Virus record (IMG/VR): IMGVR_UViG_3300026484_000436
Location: 41,640-105,639 of that record
Source of the DNA: a virus
Length of the DNA: 64,000 nucleotides
Strand: one strand, 5' to 3'
A program made the position numbers and the translations under genes. Positions 40,325 through 49,666 of the stretch are shown here, piece after piece (position 1 is the first letter of the stretch; every line of letters begins with the position of its first letter). Below the pieces are notes generated by a model, which was given only the letters and a program-made list of their open reading frames with translations, was not told where the DNA came from and ran no database searches.

Positions 40325-40436
40325 TTATAATTCCTTTGTTTATTTTTTACTTTTATGCCAAAAACCTACCAAAAAATTGGACAGGTTTCCAATTTACCAT
40401 TTTTTAAATTTGTTATCTTGTAGATAAAACCCAAAA

Positions 40437-41270
40437 TTATAATCCTTCAACCTCAAGAACCATATTTTCAGATCCACATTTTCCCACACCTGCCATTCCT
40501 GCTACTATCAGACCTTTTTGTGCTCCTGTCGCAACAACTTTTACAAGAATTTCAATATCTTTAAAAATAAGTTCAGGGTCTGCATATTTTCTTTCTGCTA
40601 ATTTTTTCTCAGCAGTTTTCATTTGTTCTGTAATTGAATTATCTTCAGCAGAACCTTTTGTGATTTTGAATGATTTATATTCATCGTCGTCCCAAACACC
40701 TTCATCTTTCATAATTTTTTTAAGTTTTTGAGCAGAACTTCCACCTTGCATTGGGTCAATACCTTTTGCTATCGCATAAGCATTTATTTTTTTGTTTAAT
40801 TTAGGATTAAACTCTTCATTTACACTTTCTCCAATCGAAGCAGAATTATTTTCAAGTGCATCTTTAATTACACCAACCACTTCCACGATATTTAACCAAT
40901 CAGGAATATAAATTGTTTGTGAGGGTTGTCCGAATGATGAACTTCCATCAGGTCTCCAAAAATCGACTCTATTTACACTAAATTTATTTTTTAAACCTTT
41001 CGCTTTTGTTTTTCTATTAACAAATCCAAATCTAATCATATATCCATTTTTTGAAAGATATTGAAAACCTACACCTTTTTCTCCATCGCTACTTGTAAAA
41101 TCATTTTTGAAAAACGAATCTGTCATTTTTTTAAATTTACCAAATTTACTTTTTGAAAATAAACTTGCTAAAAGTTCTGAAACTTTTAATAGATTTTTTT
41201 CACTGAACGCTTCGTTTAAATACCCTTTCGAACTTAAACCTTTTGCTTCTAAAATAACATCTTTAAGCAT
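40437..41270 (-). CDS. N-terminal part of the P-loop ATPase plus a 13-aa split-intein N-fragment
   Basis: Ends LIVAGMAGVGK|CGSENMVLEVEGL*: a Walker A interrupted after Lys by intein block A. Confidence 0.9.
   Translation of the reverse strand: MLKDVILEAKGLSSKGYLNEAFSEKNLLKVSELLASLFSKSKFGKFKKMTDSFFKNDFTSSDGEKGVGFQYLSKNGYMIRFGFVNRKTKAKGLKNKFSVNRVDFWRPDGSSSFGQPSQTIYIPDWLNIVEVVGVIKDALENNSASIGESVNEEFNPKLNKKINAYAIAKGIDPMQGGSSAQKLKKIMKDEGVWDDDEYKSFKITKGSAEDNSITEQMKTAEKKLAERKYADPELIFKDIEILVKVVATGAQKGLIVAGMAGVGKCGSENMVLEVEGL
40440..40478 (-). mobile_element. IntN (13 aa) of the split intein
   Basis: Cys1 plus block-A-like CGSENMVLEV. Confidence 0.85.
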
Positions 41271-41318
41271 TTTTATCCTTTATTTTAAGTTTTGTTTATA
41301 TTATTTAAAATTCAATTA

Positions 41319-41990
41319 TCAAATATTTATGTTTATAATCTCATTTTTCTCATAAAAATCTGACTTGACATTCAATAAGTCTGCGATTTTTTGAATTTCA
41401 TTTTTATTTACCTCATTTAACCAATAAATTTTTTGAATTTTAAAATTTGTCATCAAACATTCATTATAGTTTGTTTGAATGTTTTCTTTTATAAATTTAT
41501 TAAAAATTTTGTACCCACCCTCATCCAACCAATCAAGTATTCTATTATAATAAGTTTCAAGTGGATTATCACTTTCTAATGCTTTTTTTGAAAAACCACT
41601 TAAAAAGAAATTTAATTTTTTGCCAGCAGGAAAATCCGTTTTTATCCATCTTCTTCCTTGTGTATCAGGAAAAGTATATAAGTCAGCATTACCTTCAAGA
41701 ATACAATCACCTTTAATTTTCACAAGAATAGGAGTACCACTTGAAATAACAGGTAATTTCATCAGATCATTTCCACCCTTAGAAAACCCAGAAATAGTTT
41801 TATCTGTTTTTTGTATTTTTGCTAAATCTTTGATATAACTATTTGTAGTCAAGTGATAACATTCTTTATCTTCAATTAGATAACCCAATTCTTCAGACAT
41901 TTCCTTAAAAAATGGTATAAAGTTATTTTTAATTAAAAAAGTTTCATCATATTGTTTAGTTGCCATTTTTTCGAGGATTTTTTTAAGCAT
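41319..41990 (-). CDS. Hypothetical protein with an MLKKILE leader; paralogue of 60392..61336
   Basis: DLYTFPDTQGRRWI vs DIWTKFDSQGRRWV; start moved to 41990 (GGAG SD, overlapping the upstream stop). Confidence 0.65.
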   Translation of the reverse strand: MLKKILEKMATKQYDETFLIKNNFIPFFKEMSEELGYLIEDKECYHLTTNSYIKDLAKIQKTDKTISGFSKGGNDLMKLPVISSGTPILVKIKGDCILEGNADLYTFPDTQGRRWIKTDFPAGKKLNFFLSGFSKKALESDNPLETYYNRILDWLDEGGYKIFNKFIKENIQTNYNECLMTNFKIQKIYWLNEVNKNEIQKIADLLNVKSDFYEKNEIININI

Positions 41991-42135
41991 TTTTAGGTTT
42001 CTCCCCAGAAACTTTTCTAACTTCTTCAAGTGGGTTTTCATCGATTCTTCCAAAAATATAATCCATTAACAACTTTTCATTATCTTTGTTTTTTAACCAT
42101 TCCTTAGCATACTCGCTTAATTTTTCGTGTTTCAT
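41983..42135 (-). CDS. Small hypothetical protein (50 aa) missing from the ORF track
   Basis: AAGGAG SD; MKHEKLSEYAKEWLKN...GEKPKNA*. Confidence 0.6.
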   Translation of the reverse strand: MKHEKLSEYAKEWLKNKDNEKLLMDYIFGRIDENPLEEVRKVSGEKPKNA

Positions 42136-42145
42136 TTATATCTCC

Positions 42146-42364
42146 TTATATGTAATTTATTATTCCTATTATATTAACAATAACATAAACAGCATTTAGT
42201 GTAATAAGATTTTTATTTTTAATATCATAACCAAATTTTAAGTAACAAAAACTGCTCAATAAAAAAATAAAAAATCCAATACCATTTATGCCTATATTTG
42301 ATGCTATTATAACTGCCCCTACAATACCAAAAAGTGTTCCCAAAAAGTCCCATTTAAGATTCAT
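42146..42364 (-). CDS. Small three-TM membrane protein
   Basis: 72 aa, hydrophobic. Confidence 0.6.
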   Translation of the reverse strand: MNLKWDFLGTLFGIVGAVIIASNIGINGIGFFIFLLSSFCYLKFGYDIKNKNLITLNAVYVIVNIIGIINYI

Positions 42365-43469
42365 TTTGTGCCTTTAATTTACTTATCATCTCCCTTGCTT
42401 TATTAAGTTTATCATATCTTTTGATATAATATTCTTTACATTTTTTAACTAATTCATCTTCATCTCTTGATTTCATAATTGCCCCGAAGAAAAATGCTTT
42501 TTTATGTTTAATCGCATATTCTTTTCTATCCATTGTTTCTTTTTCTTTAAAAATTTCAAGTGCTTCTTTTAGTCTATGGTTGAAATTGTGAGAAACTAAA
42601 TCTCTAACTTCTTCAACTTTTTTGAATTTATCGCCTTTTAAATTACTCATAATATCGTCGATATTTTCATTTATTATATGTTCTATAAGTTTGTTTTCAA
42701 CTAATTCATTTGGGCTTATTAAATGATGTAAAGCAAAATACCATTTTGTTTTGAATTTTCTAAATTGTGTTTTTCTGTTTTTTATGCTTTTATTTCTAAC
42801 AACCCACCCTTCAAGTCCTATAACTGTTTCTTGTAATTCTTCAAGTTCTTTAAGTGTATATTTATATTTTTTTGTAACATATTTTTCTGGAACTTTTGAA
42901 ATGATAAAATCATAATCCATATAATTACCATCTTTATCTCTTATTTGTAGGATTTTTAACTCGCTTTTATCATAATCTATAACTATTTGATTAAAAGGTG
43001 ATATATATTCCATTAAAGGAAAATATCCTTCTTTAATTAAACCTTTTAAAATTATTCTTAATTCAGGTTCATTATCCAAAATCATTTGAGCATTCATTGC
43101 TTGTTCTGAGTTGAATGTTCCTTTTGTTTTTAATCTTATGTTATCATTAATAAAAATAGGTTGAATTAAACTTCCATCTAATTTTTCTGTAACCTCAATT
43201 TCATTATCTGTATCCCATTTCGCATGCTCGTCCATTGTGAATGGATTTTCATTATGATTGAAAAACTTATGTAGTGAATACCACACTTTTCCCGTATCCA
43301 ATTCAATCGTTAAACCTCTTAATTCTTCTGAACCTTCAGGTAAAAAATCCGAGTAACTTCCCAATCTGTAATTGAAAATTCTAAATGTTTTATCTTCAAC
43401 TATTTCATCTTTATAATAAAATACATCTGAGTTGTTTTCAACTATTTTCATTGCTTTTTTTAAATTCAT
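42354..43469 (-). CDS. rnlA: T4 RNA ligase 1-like protein
   Basis: ELRGL, HKFFN..EN, EKLDGSLI, EGWVV, KFKTKWY. Confidence 0.9.
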   Translation of the reverse strand: MNLKKAMKIVENNSDVFYYKDEIVEDKTFRIFNYRLGSYSDFLPEGSEELRGLTIELDTGKVWYSLHKFFNHNENPFTMDEHAKWDTDNEIEVTEKLDGSLIQPIFINDNIRLKTKGTFNSEQAMNAQMILDNEPELRIILKGLIKEGYFPLMEYISPFNQIVIDYDKSELKILQIRDKDGNYMDYDFIISKVPEKYVTKKYKYTLKELEELQETVIGLEGWVVRNKSIKNRKTQFRKFKTKWYFALHHLISPNELVENKLIEHIINENIDDIMSNLKGDKFKKVEEVRDLVSHNFNHRLKEALEIFKEKETMDRKEYAIKHKKAFFFGAIMKSRDEDELVKKCKEYYIKRYDKLNKAREMISKLKAQNES

Positions 43470-43481
43470 TTGGTACTCCTT

Positions 43482-43685
43482 TTATTTTGAAAAAAATTTA
43501 ATAATTACGAATAATACACCTGTTATTTGTGGTAATGTTAATTCATAAAAAACAACTTGATGACCTATTAAAAATTGTATAATAAACCCTATACCATACC
43601 CAATGAAAAAAGTAATGACAGTTGCCAACAATATAATTCCTATTGTAATTGCTATTATTTCAATTGTTTCAATTGTTTCTCTCAT
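43482..43685 (-). CDS. Small membrane protein
   Basis: 67 aa, two hydrophobic helices, behind a strong promoter. Confidence 0.6.
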   Translation of the reverse strand: MRETIETIEIIAITIGIILLATVITFFIGYGIGFIIQFLIGHQVVFYELTLPQITGVLFVIIKFFSK

Positions 43686-43688
43686 TTT

Positions 43689-43752
43689 GTTTCCTTTTTG
43701 TTTTATTTCTTTTTATATTATAATTATAACAAAAAAACAAAAAGAAGTCAAG
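43689..43752 (-). promoter_or_regulatory. Sigma70 promoter-leader-RBS cassette, copy 1
   Basis: TTGACT(43746-51)-17-TATAAT(43723-28); near-identical to 58131-58195. Confidence 0.8.
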
Positions 43753-43769
43753 TAAAATTCAATTAAAAT

Positions 43770-43994
43770 TTAAACTTTTTTAAATTTTCTTTTGTTTTTA
43801 TACTTTTTTATTTTTTGATGCCATTTTAAACATTTAGGCCTATGAAATAAATTTATTAAAAAATTACTAAATTTTTTATATCTTTTTATTCCATCACTTG
43901 AATAATTTCTTTCTCTCGGGTCATTATACTTTTTTGAATTTAATAATTTTAATTCAAGTTTATATCTTTTACACGGATTTGTTTTTGTATTCAT
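43770..43994 (-). CDS. Small basic hypothetical protein
   Basis: 74 aa ORF in operon. Confidence 0.45.
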   Translation of the reverse strand: MNTKTNPCKRYKLELKLLNSKKYNDPRERNYSSDGIKRYKKFSNFLINLFHRPKCLKWHQKIKKYKNKRKFKKV

Positions 43995-44003
43995 AATAAG
44001 CCC

Positions 44004-44540
44004 TTATAAATGTATATCGTAAGTTTTTCTATGAAAATCCTGTAACCCATTTTCTCTAATTTCTTCTTTGTGTTTTTTAGTTACATAACCACTATGCTTT
44101 GTAAATTTAAAATTTGGATTTTCTTTTTCAATTTCTATATTCTCTAATTCCTTATTATATTTTGCTAAAATACTTGCTGCTGAAATTTCTGGTATTTTTG
44201 AATCGCCCTTAACTAATGTTTGGATTATTTCTACACCATAATTACAATTCCCATCATATATAAAAACATCATCATCAAAAAAAGTGGTAATTTCTTCAAG
44301 AGCAGTTTTTAATGTATTACTTAATCCATTATCATCTATATATTTGGCATTAAAACTTAAAACAATACTTTTAAATCTATTATCATTTTCAAGTTTTTCG
44401 CCCAACTCAAAAATCTTCTTTTTTGATAATTTTTTACTATCCATAACTAATTGTTTCCAATCTTCAGGCAAATCTTTGACTGCTGCAACGAAAAGACTAC
44501 CACCTACACATCCTCTACCTGATTCATCTATTCCAATCAT
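44004..44540 (-). CDS. rnhB: Ribonuclease HII
   Basis: GIDESGRG, DSKKLS, DGN, KGD, ISAASILAK, HRKTY. Confidence 0.92.
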   Translation of the reverse strand: MIGIDESGRGCVGGSLFVAAVKDLPEDWKQLVMDSKKLSKKKIFELGEKLENDNRFKSIVLSFNAKYIDDNGLSNTLKTALEEITTFFDDDVFIYDGNCNYGVEIIQTLVKGDSKIPEISAASILAKYNKELENIEIEKENPNFKFTKHSGYVTKKHKEEIRENGLQDFHRKTYDIHL

Positions 44541-44588
44541 TTTTATCTCCTTATTTTTATGCTCATGTGAAATAATCCAACCAAAGGG

Positions 44589-45716
44589 TTAGACATTTTT
44601 GATATATTCAAAATCGATTTTATCATTATATCCAATCGGATTTAATAAATAGTCAATTTCTTCACTCTCTTGTAGTGATTTTTCACTATTTCCGAAATTT
44701 AAAAATTTGCCAATCCATTTTAATGGATTTTCATTTATATCTGGATAAATCGACTTTAAACCAATTGCTCTTAAACGGACATTTGTTATAAATTTAACAT
44801 AATTTTTTGCGATTTCTGAATTTATACCCATAGGACTTCCATATTGATATAATTCATCGATCCATTTCATTTCTTCTTCACTTGCTTCCCAATACATATC
44901 ATATATTTTTGAAGTAATTTTTTCAAAAATACCTTTAAAATTCGGGTCTTTTTTAAGAATTTGAATAGTTTTTTGTGTAAAAGCAAGATGTTTATTTTCA
45001 TCTCTTGCAATAAGTTGAAGAATTCTTGAACTTCCTGCCAATTTATTAGTAAATTCTGTAATACTCCAAACACTCGCAAAACCTGAATAAAATCTGATAC
45101 CTTCAAGAATGTTAATGGAAATCATTGCTAAGAATATTCTTTCTTTAAATTCCTTCATCCAATCATTTGAAATAGGTATGCCTTTTTGATTTTTATAGAC
45201 ATATTCTATAACCCATTCGTATAAATTATTGTACTCTCTAATTACTGTATCTGTTTCTTTACCTAATTCTTTGTTATCCCAACTATTATCAAAAATCAAT
45301 TCTGGGTTTTCACTCATCATAAATTCAACCATATAAGAATAACTAAATGAATGGATCGCTCCTTCAAAAAATTGAATAATGTTTAAAGCACCTTCGAATT
45401 CAGGATTTGTAGTGATTTGCCCAAACATTAAAACAGGACTTCTCCCTTGTAGTGAATCAAGCATAACTAATTTCGAAATAACAGTAGTGAAAATATGTTT
45501 TTCAACTTTACTTAAATTTTGAAAATCTGCTTTATCATTTACGAGCGATATTTCTTGTGCTTGCCAAAATAAGTCTTTCATATCCTGATTTAATTTAGCA
45601 TAAAATTCATACTTTACCTTATCGTATCTTTGAGTGTTTCTCATACAACCAAAAAACAAAGGTTGTTCTTCCGTTTTTGTTTTTTGATTTGTATATAATT
45701 CTAATTTACAATCCAA
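44589..45716 (-). CDS. nrdB: Ribonucleotide reductase class Ia beta subunit
   Basis: LDSLQG, IHSFSY, LEGIRFYSGF, IARDENKH. Confidence 0.95.
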   Translation of the reverse strand: MDCKLELYTNQKTKTEEQPLFFGCMRNTQRYDKVKYEFYAKLNQDMKDLFWQAQEISLVNDKADFQNLSKVEKHIFTTVISKLVMLDSLQGRSPVLMFGQITTNPEFEGALNIIQFFEGAIHSFSYSYMVEFMMSENPELIFDNSWDNKELGKETDTVIREYNNLYEWVIEYVYKNQKGIPISNDWMKEFKERIFLAMISINILEGIRFYSGFASVWSITEFTNKLAGSSRILQLIARDENKHLAFTQKTIQILKKDPNFKGIFEKITSKIYDMYWEASEEEMKWIDELYQYGSPMGINSEIAKNYVKFITNVRLRAIGLKSIYPDINENPLKWIGKFLNFGNSEKSLQESEEIDYLLNPIGYNDKIDFEYIKNV

Positions 45717-45744
45717 TTTTATCTCCTTAAAAATTTTTCAATTT

Positions 45745-45975
45745 TTATATTTTTTTAACCTTACCTGCACTCATATCTGCTTGAATGGCATCATCAATTT
45801 CACTATTTGAACCCAATTCATTATATTTATTAGCATATTGTTTAACTAATTCATCAGGGTGCATATCCGAATCTTCAATAACCTCGAATTTTTCCTTATT
45901 CCATACGAAATAACCACTTTTAGCACTTACTTTTTTCTTTGCTTCGTCCATACTTTTTAAAATTTCTTTTAACAT
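45745..45975 (-). CDS. Small protein with an MLKEIL leader between nrdA and nrdB
   Basis: 76 aa; SD; TTAAATA at 45996-46002. Confidence 0.6.
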   Translation of the reverse strand: MLKEILKSMDEAKKKVSAKSGYFVWNKEKFEVIEDSDMHPDELVKQYANKYNELGSNSEIDDAIQADMSAGKVKKI

Positions 45976-46007
45976 TGTCTTCCTTTGTTTTAATTTATTT
46001 AATTAAA

Positions 46008-46033
46008 GTGGATGCTCTATAATGAGCATCCAC
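46008..46033 (-). terminator. Hairpin spanning the nrdA stop codon
   Basis: gtggatgctc-tataat-gagcatccac, 10-bp stem. Confidence 0.65.
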
Positions 46034-48470
46034 CCCCAGCACACCCAACTTCATCATCGATTTTTTGTAAAACTTCATTTTTACTATGGTCATCAGTCTT
46101 TCCTATAACATAATATAAAGTTTTAATACCATATTTATGTATAAAATAAATCCTTTTTAAAACTTCATTAAAAGGAATTTTTTTATCTGGGAATTTCGTA
46201 AAATCGACATTTTCATTAAGTGATATTGCTTGGTCCGTCCATTTTTGAATAACTGCTATAAGTTTCCAATACTCTAAAACATCACTATCAAGTGCCAGAT
46301 TTCTTTTATAAAATTTTTTATATTTTTTGATTTCTGGCAAAACACCATAAACATTTATTTTATTATCTTCTACTGAGTATTTTAATGACTTGGGCATATT
46401 TATACCACTAATCATTCCTGCTGGTCTTGAAGAATTTGAACTTGGTACTGCAGTTAAAATAGTTGAATTTCTTAAACCATTTGTTTTAATATCATTTTTT
46501 AACTTATTCCAATCTAATTTCGGGTCGTGCTTAACCAAATCATTTACATTTTTTTCATACCAATCTTCTGGGGTCAATCCATCACTATATCTTGTATCTT
46601 TAAAATAATTACAACTACCTTTTTCTTTTGCTATTTCATTACTTGCTTTTAAACCATAGTATAAAAATTCTTCCATAACATCATTAACTAAATCTCTTGC
46701 TTTTTGAGTGTTATAATCGGCATCATTTTTCGCAAGCAAATAAAATAAATTTCCAGGACTTATACCCAGTGCTCTTCTATTTTTTGTGAATTTTTCAAAT
46801 GATTCTATACCAAAATAATCTTGATAATCAATCTTTTCATCTAAAAACTTGACTAATAATTTCATATTTTTTTCAAAAAATTCTCTCCTTTCATCGACAT
46901 TCTCGGGTAGATTACCAAAATTTATCCCACCTAAAATACAACTAAATGTCTCTCCAAAATTGATTTTAAATTTTTTACCATTATCATCTAAAATTTTCTT
47001 TAATTCTTCTAAAATAGGTACATTTTCAAAATCCACAATTTCATACCTAAAATATCTATATAATTGGAACCATCTACCACTTGAATATAAATCATCTAAC
47101 CATTTTTTTGCTTTCTTTTTAGATTTTACTTTTATAATATAATCTTCATCAGGAAAACTTGGGCTTTGTATTTCGCAACATAAATTGCTTGTATTTACAG
47201 GTAACTTCCAAGCACTTTGATTTTGAAATGCATTAGCATTGACTAAATAATTTCTATTCGTTGAATATCTTTCATTCACAAAAATTTTAAAAAAATCTTC
47301 TGCTTTAATTGTTTTTTTAGTTTCAACTTCTTTCTCAAATCTTTCATACTCTTTTTTGAATTCTTCGGTTCCTATTTTATCCCATAAGTCATTGACTGTA
47401 TTTAGATGAAATAATGAAATATCTTCATCTTTTTCAAGTCTTTCGAATAATAATTTTAAGTCCATACTAAAAGCGTGATCTGCTTGTCTGACCGACATTT
47501 CTTCAGAACCTCTATTATTTTTCAACTTAACCAAATCCTCGTACTCGTAATGAAAAAATGGATAATACATTGTAGTAGAACCTGTCCTCCCACTATTAGG
47601 TTGAGTTGAACTTTTACTAATTTTTTCTTGAACTTGAAGATAAGGTATCGTCCCTGTATGTCCTTCAAAACCTTTTCCTATATCGGCACCCAACCCTCTA
47701 ATTTCCTCCTTTATACCAATACCTGCTCTTAACTTTGTGATAAGTTTAAACATCGATTTGGCAGAATTAGAAATGCTTTCAATACTATCCCCCGAATTCA
47801 AACCAGCACAACTTGTAAATCCTCTCATCGTTGTTCTAATACCAGACATATCTGGCGTTGGTAAAAATATATCAAAATTTGATAATGCTCTATAAAAATT
47901 TTTAATATACCAACTTCTTTCTTTTTTGTCTTCAATTCTTGCGAAAACATATAAAGGTATCATAAAATAAATTTCTTGTGGAGTTTCAACTGCTTTTCCA
48001 TCTCTTTTTATCGCATATTTTTTGAGCATTTGATTGATTCCTAAATAACCAAATTTATAATCGTTTTCAAAATCAATAACCTTTAAAAGTTTTTTTAATT
48101 CTTTTTCACTATAATACATAAATAGTTCTGGGTCATAAATTTTATTTTTAATTTGATTTTTTATTCTATCTAAATCAAATTTTGGAATAAAACTTCCATA
48201 TATTCTTTTATATAAATCTTGAAGTTCTGTTCTACAAGCGGCATATTGATAATCTGGATGCTCTTCATCTATCAAGTCAGCAATAGATAAAGTTAAACTT
48301 TTCTGAATTTCTTCCGTCGTAATTCCATCGTATAATCTTATTCTAAAATTATTAACAATTTCGTTTATATCACAATCTAACCCTTTAATCGCATATTTTA
48401 TATGGGTATAAATTTTATCGAAATTGAAAGGAACAAGATCTCCATTTCTTTTCTTAACTTTAATATCCAA
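46017..48470 (-). CDS. nrdA: Ribonucleotide reductase class Ia alpha subunit with ATP cone
   Basis: KKRNG ATP cone, TSC, SNLCCEI, GLRNS, KTLYY, C-terminal CAGGGC. Confidence 0.95.
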   Translation of the reverse strand: MDIKVKKRNGDLVPFNFDKIYTHIKYAIKGLDCDINEIVNNFRIRLYDGITTEEIQKSLTLSIADLIDEEHPDYQYAACRTELQDLYKRIYGSFIPKFDLDRIKNQIKNKIYDPELFMYYSEKELKKLLKVIDFENDYKFGYLGINQMLKKYAIKRDGKAVETPQEIYFMIPLYVFARIEDKKERSWYIKNFYRALSNFDIFLPTPDMSGIRTTMRGFTSCAGLNSGDSIESISNSAKSMFKLITKLRAGIGIKEEIRGLGADIGKGFEGHTGTIPYLQVQEKISKSSTQPNSGRTGSTTMYYPFFHYEYEDLVKLKNNRGSEEMSVRQADHAFSMDLKLLFERLEKDEDISLFHLNTVNDLWDKIGTEEFKKEYERFEKEVETKKTIKAEDFFKIFVNERYSTNRNYLVNANAFQNQSAWKLPVNTSNLCCEIQSPSFPDEDYIIKVKSKKKAKKWLDDLYSSGRWFQLYRYFRYEIVDFENVPILEELKKILDDNGKKFKINFGETFSCILGGINFGNLPENVDERREFFEKNMKLLVKFLDEKIDYQDYFGIESFEKFTKNRRALGISPGNLFYLLAKNDADYNTQKARDLVNDVMEEFLYYGLKASNEIAKEKGSCNYFKDTRYSDGLTPEDWYEKNVNDLVKHDPKLDWNKLKNDIKTNGLRNSTILTAVPSSNSSRPAGMISGINMPKSLKYSVEDNKINVYGVLPEIKKYKKFYKRNLALDSDVLEYWKLIAVIQKWTDQAISLNENVDFTKFPDKKIPFNEVLKRIYFIHKYGIKTLYYVIGKTDDHSKNEVLQKIDDEVGCAGGGCSL

Positions 48471-48520
48471 TACTTTCTCCTTTTTATAATTATATCATTT
48501 TTTGAACTAAAAATTAAAAT

Positions 48521-48859
48521 TTAGTCCCAAAATTTCATTATATCTCTTCCTAATTGACAGTAAAATTCCTTGTAATTTTCTGTTTTTTCGATTATTTCCA
48601 ATAAATCTTGTATTTTCTTTTTAACTTTTTTGTCGCCCACGAAATTTGAATCTACACCATAGTGTTTTTCCATATCTTTTAAAATAGTAATTACAAAATT
48701 ATTCAAGTACTCATAATCCCACCAATTATAACTATTCAAGTTGTCATCAAAAATATCCAAGTTTCTAATGTAATTTTGTTTTTGATGTTTATCTAAGAAT
48801 TTCTTTTTTTTGAGTTTCTTATTCAATTTTTTTAGTTGTTTTTTTGAAAATTTTTTCAT
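48521..48859 (-). CDS. Hypothetical protein
   Basis: AAGGAG SD before the ATG at 48859. Confidence 0.55.
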   Translation of the reverse strand: MKKFSKKQLKKLNKKLKKKKFLDKHQKQNYIRNLDIFDDNLNSYNWWDYEYLNNFVITILKDMEKHYGVDSNFVGDKKVKKKIQDLLEIIEKTENYKEFYCQLGRDIMKFWD

Positions 48860-48869
48860 TTTTATCTCC

Positions 48870-49655
48870 TTATATTTTAAATTCACAAGAACCTGTTCCA
48901 TTATATCCATAAGGACACCACTTACAAACTAATTTTGAAGGAGTTGGTTGATAATCTTCTGCTTTGTCTGAATTTGGTATTTTCATTCCCCTTAAAATTA
49001 AATTTTCTATCGTTTTTTGCAAATCATCCAGTGTAACTCGTCTTGTAAGTTTTTCATTATGGTCTAAATAATAATATCCTACAATGATTTTATCAAAGGG
49101 TCTTTTTTTCAAAATGACATTTAAAGCATAAGCATATAAATAAACTTGTAAAAAAGTTTCATCTGTATCTTTTGCGATGTTACCTGTTTTCCAATCTATC
49201 ACATATAAAGTATTGTCATCTGTACCATAATAATCTATATAACCGGCAAAATCACTTTTTCTACTATATCTATCTGAAACCTCAACTGTTCCATCAGACA
49301 TAAAATTCATACTAAATGGTGCTTCTGTTTCATAATCAAGACTCAATAATTTTTTAACGAATGGAGTTTCAAGTGCTAAGTCGCATTTTTTACTTGTTTT
49401 TTCATAATCGTCCTTTGATAATGTACTCGACTTGAATTGACAAGGTGTATGCTTGAACTTGCTTTCCATATATTTATGGGCATATTGTCCAATTTTGAAA
49501 AATTTTGGATTATATTCACTTTTAGGAACTTTCTCTTTAACGATATTTTGTAAATAATATCTATAAGGGCAACTCTCATAAACTTTTAATTTTGTTATGC
49601 TAAGACTCAATCGGTCTTTATATTTTTCTGTTTTTTCAAGTATTTCTTTAAGCAT
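48870..49655 (-). CDS. Cas4/AddB-like PD-(D/E)XK nuclease with a four-Cys Fe-S motif; MLKEILE leader
   Basis: CPYRY, H, E, GYID, IDWKTG, QVYLY, CKWCPY...C. Confidence 0.85.
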   Translation of the reverse strand: MLKEILEKTEKYKDRLSLSITKLKVYESCPYRYYLQNIVKEKVPKSEYNPKFFKIGQYAHKYMESKFKHTPCQFKSSTLSKDDYEKTSKKCDLALETPFVKKLLSLDYETEAPFSMNFMSDGTVEVSDRYSRKSDFAGYIDYYGTDDNTLYVIDWKTGNIAKDTDETFLQVYLYAYALNVILKKRPFDKIIVGYYYLDHNEKLTRRVTLDDLQKTIENLILRGMKIPNSDKAEDYQPTPSKLVCKWCPYGYNGTGSCEFKI

Positions 49656-49666
49656 TTATGACCTTT

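Noticed and set aside
40325-40440. Ribosomal bypass, frameshift or readthrough joining the two intein halves into one chain
   Set aside because: The gap is 112 nt (out of frame), an in-frame TAA sits immediately before the second ATG, and that ATG has its own strong SD; separate translation fits better
46940-47170. Intein or intron in nrdA
   Set aside because: The insertion is in frame and short, and lacks C/S...HN termini or endonuclease motifs
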